Position numbers and translations under genes: made by a program. A stretch of DNA of 64,000 nt from Candidatus Lustribacter sp. (lineage in GTDB: Bacteria; Vulcanimicrobiota; Vulcanimicrobiia; Vulcanimicrobiales; Vulcanimicrobiaceae), in the NCBI GenBank assembly GCA_965277805.1, contig OZ255842.1, positions 1 through 64,000 of the forward strand, read 5' to 3'. A model generated the notes under the pieces. That model had not been told where the DNA came from, ran no database searches, and saw only the letters and a program-made list of their open reading frames with translations. How positions within the stretch are numbered: position 1 is the stretch's first letter; every line of letters begins with the position of its first letter. Below are positions 28,066-37,968 of the stretch, piece after piece.

Positions 28066-29244
28066 TCACGCGTACTCCGCTTGCGGCACGTTCAGCTGCG
28101 CGGCCAGATCGGCGGGCCATTTCCACTCTTTGAGTGGCGCGCCGGCTTCGAGCGCACGTACTTCGCGTCGAAGGACGCGCCGCAAGAGAATGATGGCGAG
28201 GTCGCCCCGGCCGAGTCGATCGGGACGGCGCTGACCGATCGGCGGCTGCAGCTCCATTGCGACGTCGTCCTGAATCGAGATGATGTCGGGCCGCGTGATA
28301 TCAACGTCGTCGACGTAGACCTCGCCCCGGAAGATCGCGGCAACGACATCCGCCTGCGGTTTTAGCGTCTTCAACGTTTCGTTGCGTTTTGCGTGCGCCG
28401 CCCTAAAGCGCTCGAGCTCCGCGCCGGCGAGGTCGGCATGGTTGAGCATAAACGTCCGGTGTGAATAATCGTCGATCGGAATGCGCCAAGCGAGATGGTC
28501 GAAGGTGGTCGTTCCCTCGACGTTGACGATCAGGGCGCTCAGCGGGAAGAGAAGGTGATTGATCTGCGCCTTGCCGTCGCTGTAGAGCTTTTTGCCGGCA
28601 ATGCCGTACTCGGTCTCGGCCGCCGCGACCCGCGGGATCTCGCGGTTCACACCGACGCCCGTGAACTCCGAATTCCTGTGCACGAAAAACGGGTGCGTGT
28701 AGTCGACGCTGTTTTCGAGCGAATTCAGGTAATTCGTCTTGCGAACGTAGCTCGCAGTGCCATTGAACCCCGGAGCCGAAAATCGCGCGAGCATCTGAAA
28801 AGCCGGCGGCTCGCCCGTTCCAAGGTACGCGAACACCAAGCCTTGATGCACGCGTACGGGATATCCCGCGACGCGGACCTTAGCGGCAAACGCTGCATCT
28901 TCGGCGGGTTGTTCGACGCACTGGCCGGCCGCGTCATACATCCACCCATGATAGAAGCAGCGGATGCAATCGCCCTCGACGTGCCCTGTGAACAGCGGCG
29001 AACTTCGATGGGCACAAAAATAATCGACCAGATGCGGATCGCCGGTGACGCCGCGGTAGAGCGTGAACTCTTGCCCCAAGACCTGAATGGCCTTTGCGCG
29101 CCCCGGTGCGACATCTCGGACTTCCGCGACCGGCAACCAGAAGCGCCGAAAGTACCGCCCGGCGATCGTGTCGGGGCCGGTCTGCGCAAGCTCGGCAACG
29201 TCATTCGCGTCGTTGACTTGGCTATCGTTCGTAGAAATCGTCAT
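28066..29244 (-). CDS. Rieske oxygenase, phthalate 4,5-dioxygenase/demethylase-like alpha subunit
   Basis: Start MTISTND at 29244; TGP.T..GRYFRRFWLP, CAHR..CFYHGW, ENSVDYTH...VH, QDD. Confidence 0.88.
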   Translation of the reverse strand: MTISTNDSQVNDANDVAELAQTGPDTIAGRYFRRFWLPVAEVRDVAPGRAKAIQVLGQEFTLYRGVTGDPHLVDYFCAHRSSPLFTGHVEGDCIRCFYHGWMYDAAGQCVEQPAEDAAFAAKVRVAGYPVRVHQGLVFAYLGTGEPPAFQMLARFSAPGFNGTASYVRKTNYLNSLENSVDYTHPFFVHRNSEFTGVGVNREIPRVAAAETEYGIAGKKLYSDGKAQINHLLFPLSALIVNVEGTTTFDHLAWRIPIDDYSHRTFMLNHADLAGAELERFRAAHAKRNETLKTLKPQADVVAAIFRGEVYVDDVDITRPDIISIQDDVAMELQPPIGQRRPDRLGRGDLAIILLRRVLRREVRALEAGAPLKEWKWPADLAAQLNVPQAEYA

Positions 29245-29380
29245 GGCTAGGCGATTGTATGGTCCCGGCCGTTCCAGAGCAACCGGGGCGGCTCGCATAG
29301 CGGGAGAGTCGCCTTGCGCCCGGGTGCCCCGGATCCTAGGATGGCGCCATGGATATCTGTGCGCAAATTGCGGTGACAAT

Positions 29381-30337
29381 GTGAAAGTTAAAAGTTTTAT
29401 CGTTGCCTTGCTGCTCACGGTGTGTGCCGTGGGCCCGACGCGGCCCGTAGCCGGCCAAGGGTTGACGGCGGTTCGCGTAATCGGCCCGAGCGTCGATGGC
29501 TTTACACCAGCGTGGGCAGCGCAGAAGCTCGGTATCTTTAAGAAATACGGAATCGACGCCCAACTGACGATTGCATCGAGCGGAGCGGCCGCCTCAGCAG
29601 CATTGATCGGCGGCGCGGCCGATGTTGCGTACGGCAACGTGGTCAGCGTTATTCAAGCGCACGCGCACGGTGTGCCCCTCCAGTATATCGTTCCAGGCGG
29701 CATAGCGAACGCGCAGACCGGTCTCGTACATGCATTCGTCCTCAAAGAATCACCGATTCACAAGGCGGTCGATCTCAACGGTAAGACGCTCGCGTCACCG
29801 GCACTGCACGATCTCGACTCGGCCATGACCCTAGCCTGGGTGGATGAAGACGGCGGCGACTCAAAAACGATGCACGAGGTTGAAGTGCCGTCGTCGGCCG
29901 CAGTCCCGTTTCTCGAAGCACACCGGGCCGACGTCGTCGTCTTGACCGAACCAGCATCGAGCCAAGCGGCCGCGACCGGTTTGGTCCGCGAGATCGGCGA
30001 CACATTGAAAGTCATCGGCGGCAGCGCGTTGGTCAGCGGATATACCGTGGCCGCGTCGACGGCTGCGGCGAACCCAGACACCTACACGCGCTTCGCGCGC
30101 GCCATGCGTGAGGCGGAAGCGTACACGAATGCGCACCCTCGCGAGACGGCTGAAATTCAGGCATCATTCAGCGGCATGACATTAGACCAGATTCTAAAGA
30201 CAAGACGGAACTTCTATCCGCCGGCGCTGAACGCGAAGCTCCTCCAACCGCTCATCGACGTCTGCGCGCGTTACGGGCTGATCGACAAAAGCTTCCCAGC
30301 GGCGGAGATCATCAGTCCGGCAGCCGTCAAGCCATGA
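29381..30337 (+). CDS. ABC transporter substrate-binding protein, NMT1/SsuA family
   Basis: GTG start with signal peptide; AQKLGIFKKYGID, DLNGKT motifs. Confidence 0.82.
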   Translation: MKVKSFIVALLLTVCAVGPTRPVAGQGLTAVRVIGPSVDGFTPAWAAQKLGIFKKYGIDAQLTIASSGAAASAALIGGAADVAYGNVVSVIQAHAHGVPLQYIVPGGIANAQTGLVHAFVLKESPIHKAVDLNGKTLASPALHDLDSAMTLAWVDEDGGDSKTMHEVEVPSSAAVPFLEAHRADVVVLTEPASSQAAATGLVREIGDTLKVIGGSALVSGYTVAASTAAANPDTYTRFARAMREAEAYTNAHPRETAEIQASFSGMTLDQILKTRRNFYPPALNAKLLQPLIDVCARYGLIDKSFPAAEIISPAAVKP

Positions 30338-31086
30338 TGACGGAAGCCCTCGGCCACGCCCTCGACGACCTCGTCATCGCCAACCGTATTCTCCATTCGG
30401 AAGGGGTCGTGGACGCGTACGGGCACATTAGCATTCGGCATCCGGAGAATCCGCAGCGGTACTTTCTCTCGCGCTCGCTTTCGCCGAACCTCGTTACCCG
30501 CGACGACCTCATGGAGTTCGATCTCGAATCGAACGTTCTCAACGGTGACGAGCGGTCACCGTATCTCGAACGGTTCATTCATGGCGAAATCTACGCCGCG
30601 CGACCGGAGATCATGTCGGTCGTGCACGCGCATGCGGAAGACGTCTTACCGTTCGGCATCGTGAAAAACGGCGGCGTCCGGTTCGAGCCCGTTATCCACT
30701 CCGGAGCCATTCTAGGCCGCGTGACGCCGATCTGGGACATCCACGACCACTTCGGCGACACCAATCTTCTGGTCGCGAATGCCGAGCAGGGGAAGAGCCT
30801 TGCGCAGGAGCTCGGCTCGGCAAGCGTCGTGCTGATGAGCGCTCACGGCTTCGTTGCCTGTGCACGCACGGTTAGCGACTGCACGCGCATCGCACTCACG
30901 GTCCCGAAGAACGCTCGGGTCATCCTGAAGGCAAAGGCGCTTGGCGGAGACATGCGGACACTGACCGACGGCGAGATCGCGAAGCACGGCGGCAGCAACG
31001 ATCCCTATCGGAGTGACGTCTGGCGTGCGTGGGAATACTGGGCAAACGCCGCCGGCGTCGGCGATATGCTTTGGAAGCCCGATTAG
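30334..31086 (+). CDS. class II aldolase/adducin family protein
   Basis: ANRIL..EGVVDAYGHIS.R, ERFIHGEIY..RP, VVHAH, LM..HG. Confidence 0.9.
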   Translation: MMTEALGHALDDLVIANRILHSEGVVDAYGHISIRHPENPQRYFLSRSLSPNLVTRDDLMEFDLESNVLNGDERSPYLERFIHGEIYAARPEIMSVVHAHAEDVLPFGIVKNGGVRFEPVIHSGAILGRVTPIWDIHDHFGDTNLLVANAEQGKSLAQELGSASVVLMSAHGFVACARTVSDCTRIALTVPKNARVILKAKALGGDMRTLTDGEIAKHGGSNDPYRSDVWRAWEYWANAAGVGDMLWKPD

Positions 31087-31742
31087 GCTACCACTAAGTG
31101 ATCTTCGACGGCTGATACGCCGGGGACGGACCAGGCCGCTCTACGCGCTGCGTCAAGCTCGGCCCAAGAATGCACGCGGCCGCGCAAGACGACGCTGCCA
31201 TTGTGCGTCTCGATGTCGATTTGGCTTGTCTCTTGCTCGACGGTCCGTTTCAGCTCGCGGAGAATCCGATCGCGAACATCAGCCACTTTCGGGCTTGCCT
31301 TCACCGTGATGTTGTTCGTAACGCCGATGACCCCGTTGAGGTACTTGACGGCCCGCTCGGCTTCGTCTTTTTGAAATTGCCAATCGACCTCTCCCGAGAG
31401 CGTTAGCCAGCCGTTGCTGACGGTGACCTTGACGCCCTCGGGTAAATCGCTATGCCAAGCGAGGGCCCTAGTCGCGGCCTCGGCGATATCGGTGTCGTCA
31501 CGCTTGTGAAAATCCGGCAGCTCGACCTTCAGTTCGTTGGCGATCGCCCTGACCCCGGTAACGCGTTTGACGGTGTTTTCCGCTTCGACCTTTTGCCAGT
31601 AGCTGGGGACGGTACCGGTCAGCGTCACCGCTCCATCGTGCACGGCAACGGCGATGTGCCTCGCATCGAGACTTGGATCCGTACTGATCTCTTCTGCAAC
31701 ATCGGCATGCAGTTGCGCGTCGGACTTCATTTCTGGCCTCAC
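31083..31742 (-). CDS. BON-domain protein (three BON domains, OsmY-like)
   Basis: Three repeats of I.V.V.dG.VTL.G.V ... V.GV..V.N.L.V. Confidence 0.9.
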   Translation of the reverse strand: MRPEMKSDAQLHADVAEEISTDPSLDARHIAVAVHDGAVTLTGTVPSYWQKVEAENTVKRVTGVRAIANELKVELPDFHKRDDTDIAEAATRALAWHSDLPEGVKVTVSNGWLTLSGEVDWQFQKDEAERAVKYLNGVIGVTNNITVKASPKVADVRDRILRELKRTVEQETSQIDIETHNGSVVLRGRVHSWAELDAARRAAWSVPGVSAVEDHLVVA

Positions 31743-31896
31743 TTCTGAAAGACAAACTAAACGTTAGGCGTCGAGTCTGCCGCTTCGAAATGTGAACGTC
31801 AATCAAGTGGCAGTCGTAGGCATGCAATTATTCAAGCGGCGTTCCTAGGTCCTCAAAGCGATTGACGACGGACCAGGGGTGCCGGACACTCAAGCC

Positions 31897-32331
31897 ATGA
31901 TAAAAAAATCTCTCATCGCCTCCCTGACGCCGCTGCTCCTCATCTGTATGACGATGGTGGCACCGCCGGCTGTGCAAGGTCAGCAACTGGCGCAAGCAAC
32001 TGCAACGCCGGCCGCCGGCGTGATTCCTCTGGGTGTTACGGTTATCGAGATGCGGGCGGTCGTTGCGGGCTGGAGTGCCAAGAAAGACATTCTCGGAAAA
32101 CACGTTCAAAACGATCGCAAGGAAGATCTCGGAACGATCCAAGACATCATCATCACGCAGAAAGACGAAGCGGCCTTCGCAATCATCGGTGTCGGCGGCT
32201 TTCTCGGGATTGCCGAGCGTCTCGTCGCCATACCGACGCGTCAACTAAAGATTGAGGACGGACATTTCTTGCTGGCCGGCGCCACCAAGGAAGCGCTGAC
32301 GCAGATGCCGCCATTCATATACTCCCACTAG
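31897..32331 (+). CDS. secreted PRC-barrel domain protein
   Basis: Signal peptide; ILGKHVQN...EDLGTIQDIII....AIIGVGGFLG.AERLVAIP. Confidence 0.85.
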   Translation: MIKKSLIASLTPLLLICMTMVAPPAVQGQQLAQATATPAAGVIPLGVTVIEMRAVVAGWSAKKDILGKHVQNDRKEDLGTIQDIIITQKDEAAFAIIGVGGFLGIAERLVAIPTRQLKIEDGHFLLAGATKEALTQMPPFIYSH

Positions 32332-33227
32332 CCGGTCAGCGGCGAAGCTGAGACGAGAGCGACGATCGTGACCAACATCTCGATCATCGCGATCTCAATC
32401 GCCCTGTGAGTCCGCGGTTCTGTCCACGAGCAGCTGATGACCCCGCGGCACGTGCCGTTCTCGAACAGCCCGGCGACCAGCTCGCTGCGCTGCACCAGGT
32501 GCCGGTTGTACCCCTGGTAGGCCGCCATCGACACGTCGTGGACCCCGTGCGTTTCGGTTCCGTCCGATGCCCGTATGCGCACCGGATGCGCTGCCGCATT
32601 GGTTATCGCATCCGGATGCGGCGAGTCGTCGCACAGGACGACGCAACCGTTGCGCACGGCGTCATTCATTTCGAGCATGCACTGCGCCAACGCCGGCCCG
32701 ACGAAGCCGGCTCGCGGTCCGGCAGCAAACGTGCGCGGCGGCGCGTGGCCGTTCTCGATGCTCGCTACGGTGGCACAGGTGGGCCCGAGGAGCGTCTGGG
32801 CAGCCTCGACGGCGGTTCGGGCGACCTCTTCGAATGACGTGGCCGCGGCCATCCGCAGCACGAAGTCGCGCACCTGGGCCACGTAGCGTGCGGCGCCGTC
32901 GCGAACGTTCGCTTCGGGCATCGGAGCCGCACGGGCAACGTCCGCAAATACGAGCCGGAAAAGCGTGGCCCGCTCCTGATCGGTGAGCCGCAAAGCCGAC
33001 GCGACCCGTTGCACGAAGGCATGCGAGAAACTGCGCCGCGAAGTGCCGCTCTCGAACTGTTCGTACCAGCCGGCCGAGACCTGGGCCAGTTCGGCCACTT
33101 CCATCGCACGAAGTCCTGGTACCCGGCGAAATCCGTGCGACGGCAAGCTGACGTCGGTAGGGCGTAGCCGGCCGCGCCAGAGTCGAAGTAGTGCGCGTAG
33201 TTGTTTTTGTCGCTCGAGCATTTGCAA
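32328..33227 (-). CDS. MmyB-type (HTH_31/XRE) regulator fused to a GAF-like C-terminal domain
   Basis: LRALL..WRGRLRP.DV.LP...RRVPGLR..EVAELA.VS..WY..FESG; C-terminus ends in a GAF-like GVISCSW.EPR.H...EI..IE.L. Confidence 0.75.
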   Translation of the reverse strand: MQMLERQKQLRALLRLWRGRLRPTDVSLPSHGFRRVPGLRAMEVAELAQVSAGWYEQFESGTSRRSFSHAFVQRVASALRLTDQERATLFRLVFADVARAAPMPEANVRDGAARYVAQVRDFVLRMAAATSFEEVARTAVEAAQTLLGPTCATVASIENGHAPPRTFAAGPRAGFVGPALAQCMLEMNDAVRNGCVVLCDDSPHPDAITNAAAHPVRIRASDGTETHGVHDVSMAAYQGYNRHLVQRSELVAGLFENGTCRGVISCSWTEPRTHRAIEIAMIEMLVTIVALVSASPLTG

Positions 33228-33427
33228 CGCGATTCACATCGGGGAAAGGGTATTGCTTATCGTAGCATGCGAGCCCAACAAAGGGGCAGCTCGGCTACAC
33301 CGTACGCTACCGAACACCCGAAAGCGGCATGGCGAACCGAGTGGTCACCCAACTCACGGTTAGGTGCGAAAATTAGAATCGGGTGATATCCTTCGGTCCC
33401 CACTCACTGCTGCGAAGGGAGGCGACG

Positions 33428-34303
33428 ATGCTCCTCGATGCCCGTCCGGCCCGCCATGATGAACTTGGAAAATTCCTGAAGAGCCGCAGGATGCGGCTCA
33501 GTGCCGAATCATGCGGGCTACCGGCGCTGCGCTCGCGCCGGCGAACGCCGGGTCTGCGTCGCGAAGACGTCAGCTCGATCGCCGGGATCTCAACGGCGTA
33601 TTACGCCTGGATCGAGCAGGGGCGGCCGTTCGACATCTCTCCCGAGGTGCTAAACGCCATCGCCGGGGCGCTGAAGCTCAGCGACGTGGAAACGCGTCAT
33701 GTGCATATGCTTGCCGGCAAAGCAGAACTGCACGCCAAGACACTCACGGCACCGCCATGGAGCGAGGGAATCAAACACGTCGTCAGCCGGTTCGACTGCG
33801 GTCCGGCGGTCGCTCTCACGCCCTGGCTCGACGTGCTCGCCGTTAACGCTCACGCGCAAGAGCTCTTCGAGTTCGAGCCTGGCACGAACCTAGCGTGGTG
33901 GTTCTTCTGCGAAAAGAACGCACGCATCAAGCCATGTAATGGCGACGACATCTCCATCGCGCTGGTCGCGCTCCTGCGGCGAAATCGCGCGCGGGAAAGC
34001 GATGCTGGCCGCTTTAGTGAGATCATCGGACGGCTGCACGCGGAAAGCCACGATTTTGCGCTGTTGTGGGACGGACACATCGTCGATTCATCGCCGCTGA
34101 TCGACGTCGAGTTTGACCGCCCGGGGCGGGGGCGTGTCACTTATCGGGCGGTGCTGCTGTGCGATTCCGTCGCTTCGAGTGAGTTTGTGCTCTTTATGGC
34201 GCTCCTCGACGCACCGGAAAACGCTCCCGCCTATCGCGACTCTTTGAACTCGGCATCGATGACATCCGACCCGCTCGGGTTCCCATTGCCGGAGCTATCC
34301 TGA
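33428..34303 (+). CDS. MmyB family transcriptional regulator (HTH plus PAS-like ligand-binding domain)
   Basis: [37 protein letters not shown]....LDVLA.N; NLAW..F; L...S.DFA.LW. Confidence 0.88.
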   Translation: MLLDARPARHDELGKFLKSRRMRLSAESCGLPALRSRRRTPGLRREDVSSIAGISTAYYAWIEQGRPFDISPEVLNAIAGALKLSDVETRHVHMLAGKAELHAKTLTAPPWSEGIKHVVSRFDCGPAVALTPWLDVLAVNAHAQELFEFEPGTNLAWWFFCEKNARIKPCNGDDISIALVALLRRNRARESDAGRFSEIIGRLHAESHDFALLWDGHIVDSSPLIDVEFDRPGRGRVTYRAVLLCDSVASSEFVLFMALLDAPENAPAYRDSLNSASMTSDPLGFPLPELS

Positions 34304-36072
34304 CGGGCGCCGACGCCCGCCGTCTGATACGACGCCTCTTCCTGCCGCGCTGAGGCGCGCTCCAGGCGTTCCGTCGCGGCTTGCACCTCGGCCGGCGTTC
34401 CGTTTTCCGCAATGCGCTTGAGTTCGCTCAGTGCCTGCTCGACCTCGGCGCGTGCTGCGGGATCGATGTCGTTATTGTTTTGAAGCGTCTTCTCCATCTT
34501 CTCCGTCGTGTAGATGAGGCTGTCGGCATGGTTGCGGATCTCCGCCTCTTCCTTCTTGCGGCGATCGGCGGCCGCGTTAGCGGCGGCCTCGGCAACCATG
34601 CGTTCGACTTCCTCTTTGCTCAGGTTGGTCGACGCCGTAACGGTGATCCGCTGCTCCTTGCCGGTACCGAGATCTTTGGCCGTTGCGCTCACGATGCCGT
34701 TCGCATCGATCTCGAACGTGACTTCGATCTGCGGCGTGCCGCGCGGCGCCGGCGGAATCCCTTCGAGCCGGAAGCGCGCGAGCGTCCGATTGTCGTCGGC
34801 CATTTCCCGCTCGCCCTGCACGACATGAATATCAACGGCGCTCTGGTTGTCATCGGCGGTCGAAAAAATCTCCGATTTGCGGGTCGGAATCGTGGTGTTC
34901 CGCTCGATCAGCTTCGTGGCGACGCCGCCGAGCGTTTCGAGCCCGAGCGAGAGCGGCGTGACGTCGAGCAGCACGACGTTTTTCACGTCCCCTGCAAGCA
35001 CGCCGGCCTGGATCGCAGCGCCGATCGCGACAACCTCGTCCGCGTTCACTCCCTGGTGCGGCTCTTTCTTACTCAGCTTCTTGACCAATTCCAAAATCGC
35101 CGGCATCCGCGTCGCGCCGCCGACCAGGATAACCTCGTCAACGTCCTCGACTTTGATCTTCGCGTCTTCGACCGCGTCGAGAAACGGTTTCACGCAGCGA
35201 TCGGTGAGGTCGCTGGTGAGTTCTTCGAACTTCGCGCGTGTCAACGTGATGTCGAGGTGCTTGGGCCCCTGTTGATCGGCCGTGATGAACGGCAAGTTGA
35301 TCGTGGTTTCCACCCGGCTCGAGAGCTCGATCTTGGCCTTCTCGGCGGCCTCGGTGAGCCGTTGCATTGCTTGCCGGTCGGGAGTTAGATCGATCCCTTG
35401 GGTCTTGCGGAACTCCGCCACCAGCCAGTCGACGACGCGCTTGTCGTAGTCGTCACCGCCGAGATGGGTGTCGCCCTTGGTGGCCCTCACCTCGAAGAGG
35501 CCTTCGCTCACCTCGAGGACCGAAATGTCGAACGTTCCGCCGCCGAGATCCCACACCAGGATCGTTTCGTGACCCTTGCTTTCGAGCCCGTAGGCTAATG
35601 CGGCCGCGGTCGGCTCGTTCACGATGCGCGGAACCTCAAGCCCTGCGATGCGACCGGCGTCCTTCGTCGCCTGGCGTTGCGCATCGTTGAAATACGCCGG
35701 GACCGTGATGACCGCTTTGGTCACGCGCTCGCCGAGATTGGTGGATGCGTCGTTGACCAGTTTTTGCAGGATCATCGCCGAGATCTCTTGCGGCGTGTAC
35801 TCCTTGCCGTCGATCTTCACGGTGTGGTCGGTCCCCATGTAGCGCTTGATCGAGGTGATCGTGCGGTCGGGGTTGGTGACCGCCTGGCGCTTCGCCAGCT
35901 GTCCGACCAGGCGTTCACCGGTCTTCGTGAACGCTACGACCGAAGGCGTCGTGCGGCCGCCTTCGGCGTTGGGGATAATGATGGGCTGCGACCCTTCCAT
36001 CACCGCGATGACGGAGTTTGTCGTGCCGAGGTCGATCCCGACGATTTTCGCTGCCATGTCGCGCTCCTTCAC
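34231..36072 (-). CDS. dnaK: molecular chaperone DnaK (Hsp70); start 36072 or 36057
   Basis: [45 protein letters not shown]-terminal DVIDAEF. Confidence 0.97.
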   Translation of the reverse strand: MKERDMAAKIVGIDLGTTNSVIAVMEGSQPIIIPNAEGGRTTPSVVAFTKTGERLVGQLAKRQAVTNPDRTITSIKRYMGTDHTVKIDGKEYTPQEISAMILQKLVNDASTNLGERVTKAVITVPAYFNDAQRQATKDAGRIAGLEVPRIVNEPTAAALAYGLESKGHETILVWDLGGGTFDISVLEVSEGLFEVRATKGDTHLGGDDYDKRVVDWLVAEFRKTQGIDLTPDRQAMQRLTEAAEKAKIELSSRVETTINLPFITADQQGPKHLDITLTRAKFEELTSDLTDRCVKPFLDAVEDAKIKVEDVDEVILVGGATRMPAILELVKKLSKKEPHQGVNADEVVAIGAAIQAGVLAGDVKNVVLLDVTPLSLGLETLGGVATKLIERNTTIPTRKSEIFSTADDNQSAVDIHVVQGEREMADDNRTLARFRLEGIPPAPRGTPQIEVTFEIDANGIVSATAKDLGTGKEQRITVTASTNLSKEEVERMVAEAAANAAADRRKKEEAEIRNHADSLIYTTEKMEKTLQNNNDIDPAARAEVEQALSELKRIAENGTPAEVQAATERLERASARQEEASYQTAGVGARQDSSGNGNPSGSDVIDAEFKESR

Positions 36073-36076
36073 GACA

Positions 36077-36559
36077 TCAGTGCGCTTCGATCTCGATCTT
36101 TTTCGTGCCGATCGGAGTCGTTGGCTGGAGCACGATCCTCAGTACGCCGTTCTCGATCGTCGCCTTTGCGCTCTCGGGATTGACGTCGCGTGGAAGCACG
36201 AGCGTGCGCGTGAACGCGGCGCGGCGAATCTCCGCGTAGCGGTGTTTGCGATCATCCTGTTCCTCGTCGTGCTGACCTGAAATCGTCACCTGATTGGCCG
36301 TGACCTCGATCGAAATGTCTTCCTTGCGGAATCCCGGAACCGCCGCCTCGATGACGTAGTTTCCGTTTTCCTCCGAGATGTCGACGGCCGGAAAGGTCGA
36401 TGCGATGATGTCGGAGCCGGGTGCCGACGACGACATCGCGTCGAGCAGGCGACCGACGCCGACCAGATCGGGGAAGAAGTCGAGTGCGGCCGGCGCGTAA
36501 CGTGCGCGTCGCGCCGTTGCCACCGGTGCGTTGCCGTTGTGTTTGGTAATTGAAGCCAT
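36077..36559 (-). CDS. Hsp20/alpha-crystallin small heat shock protein
   Basis: PAVDISE....[17 protein letters not shown]...LP..V; A..ENGVLRI. Confidence 0.92.
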   Translation of the reverse strand: MASITKHNGNAPVATARRARYAPAALDFFPDLVGVGRLLDAMSSSAPGSDIIASTFPAVDISEENGNYVIEAAVPGFRKEDISIEVTANQVTISGQHDEEQDDRKHRYAEIRRAAFTRTLVLPRDVNPESAKATIENGVLRIVLQPTTPIGTKKIEIEAH

Positions 36560-36666
36560 TGAACGATCCTCGTTTAAGCGAAGCGTGACGTGGGCGATGG
36601 GGTCTCGCCATGGTCCGACGTTGCTCGCGGAGTGTCAACCGAGGGACGTTCATAGGTGCGCGAGTC

Positions 36667-37314
36667 CTAGCGTAGGTCCGCATCGGCGTCGCGATGATAA
36701 GGACGGCTGGTCATTTCCAAATGTAGTTGGCGGTCGATGACGCCGGGGAGGAGGTAGACGACCGGAATGATTGCGTAGAGAGCAATGCTCAAACGCGGAT
36801 CGACGGCAACCAGAACGGTCGCCAGGACATACGACACCGGGTAGCCGAGGGTCCAGAGGCTCGCGTCGCGGATGAATCGCCGATCGATGTTCGGTTCGGA
36901 ACGGATGTATTGTTTGACGGCATAGAACCATAACGCGCTGAAGACGAAGCCCGCGGTGGCCATCGTACTTCCGAAAAGTATCACGACCGGGCGGTTCTGG
37001 CCGTATTGTGCCATGAGCGCGGTTGGATACGGGATGAAGGCGACGCACATCAGCAAACCCAGATTGATGATGAGCGAAACGCGGTCGACCTTTTTCAGAA
37101 AGTGAAAGAGCGCATGATGGTTGAGCCAGAGCACGCCGATGATGGCGAAGCTCGTCGCGTAGCCGAGCAGTTGCGGCCAAAGCCAAGCGAGTTGCAAGGT
37201 CGATTGCCGCGTCGTCATACCCACGAGGTCCGGAACCCGCAGATTGACGACGAGTAGCGTCGCGGCGATCGCAAAAATGCTGTCGCTGAACGCCTCGAAG
37301 CGAGCGAGGTTCAT
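36667..37314 (-). CDS. TMEM175 family potassium channel
   Basis: RFEAFSDSIFAIAATLLV (FSD motif), SF..IG..W..HH; 6 TM-like segments. Confidence 0.88.
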   Translation of the reverse strand: MNLARFEAFSDSIFAIAATLLVVNLRVPDLVGMTTRQSTLQLAWLWPQLLGYATSFAIIGVLWLNHHALFHFLKKVDRVSLIINLGLLMCVAFIPYPTALMAQYGQNRPVVILFGSTMATAGFVFSALWFYAVKQYIRSEPNIDRRFIRDASLWTLGYPVSYVLATVLVAVDPRLSIALYAIIPVVYLLPGVIDRQLHLEMTSRPYHRDADADLR

Positions 37315-37363
37315 CAACGCCGGAGGCGGTAAGCTCAGGCGGCCCTTTCGCAACGACGAAGTG

Positions 37364-37885
37364 CTAGCGGCCGTGATACGGGCGAGCGACGACCGCCGGG
37401 ATGGGAGGCGGGGCAACGCGCACCGGGTGGAACGGCCGGCGCACGACGCCTCCGCCGCGCACCACTAAGGCATACGACGGCCCGTAGCCGTACGGGAAGC
37501 CCGGATACCACCAACCTGGGCCGATATACACCGGGACCGGTCTCTGAACGTAATGGTACGGCGTATCGATCTCATTAGCTTCGAACCACGAGCCCGCATT
37601 GTAGCCGAAGATCGTCACGCGCATTCCAGGCGCAAGCGTCAACCCGGTCGGATTGATGATCGTGCCCTGGTGGAGATGCACGTCGTCGATGAAGCCGCGG
37701 TCGTCATGGACGGTGATCGTGTATTTGCCGTTGATCGAGGCGATCGTTCCGTTGATGACGTCGCTACTGTTGGGGGGCGGCGGGTGCCCATACGACGGAG
37801 TTTGTGCGAGTGCCGTGATTGGGACGAGTGCGGTACTTAATGCGGCGGCCGCTGCGCGACCGAGGACGTGCTTTCGTGTTGCCAT
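37364..37885 (-). CDS. hypothetical secreted protein with Pro/Tyr/Gly-rich tail
   Basis: Signal-like N-terminus; DDRGFIDDVHLHQGTIINPTG core. Confidence 0.65.
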   Translation of the reverse strand: MATRKHVLGRAAAAALSTALVPITALAQTPSYGHPPPPNSSDVINGTIASINGKYTITVHDDRGFIDDVHLHQGTIINPTGLTLAPGMRVTIFGYNAGSWFEANEIDTPYHYVQRPVPVYIGPGWWYPGFPYGYGPSYALVVRGGGVVRRPFHPVRVAPPPIPAVVARPYHGR

Positions 37886-37968
37886 ACACCCGGTGTAGCG
37901 CGGCGTTCGTTCCCGATCAAGTAAGGTGTGCTCCTACGATTGCTACTACCATTGGCGAAGGCGAGATG

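Noticed and set aside
36560-36666. CIRCE/HAIR operator or RNA thermometer upstream of hsp20-dnaK
   Set aside because: Only a TTGACA and a short hairpin are visible; there is no TTAGCACTC-N9-GAGTGCTAA and no convincing SD-sequestering stem.
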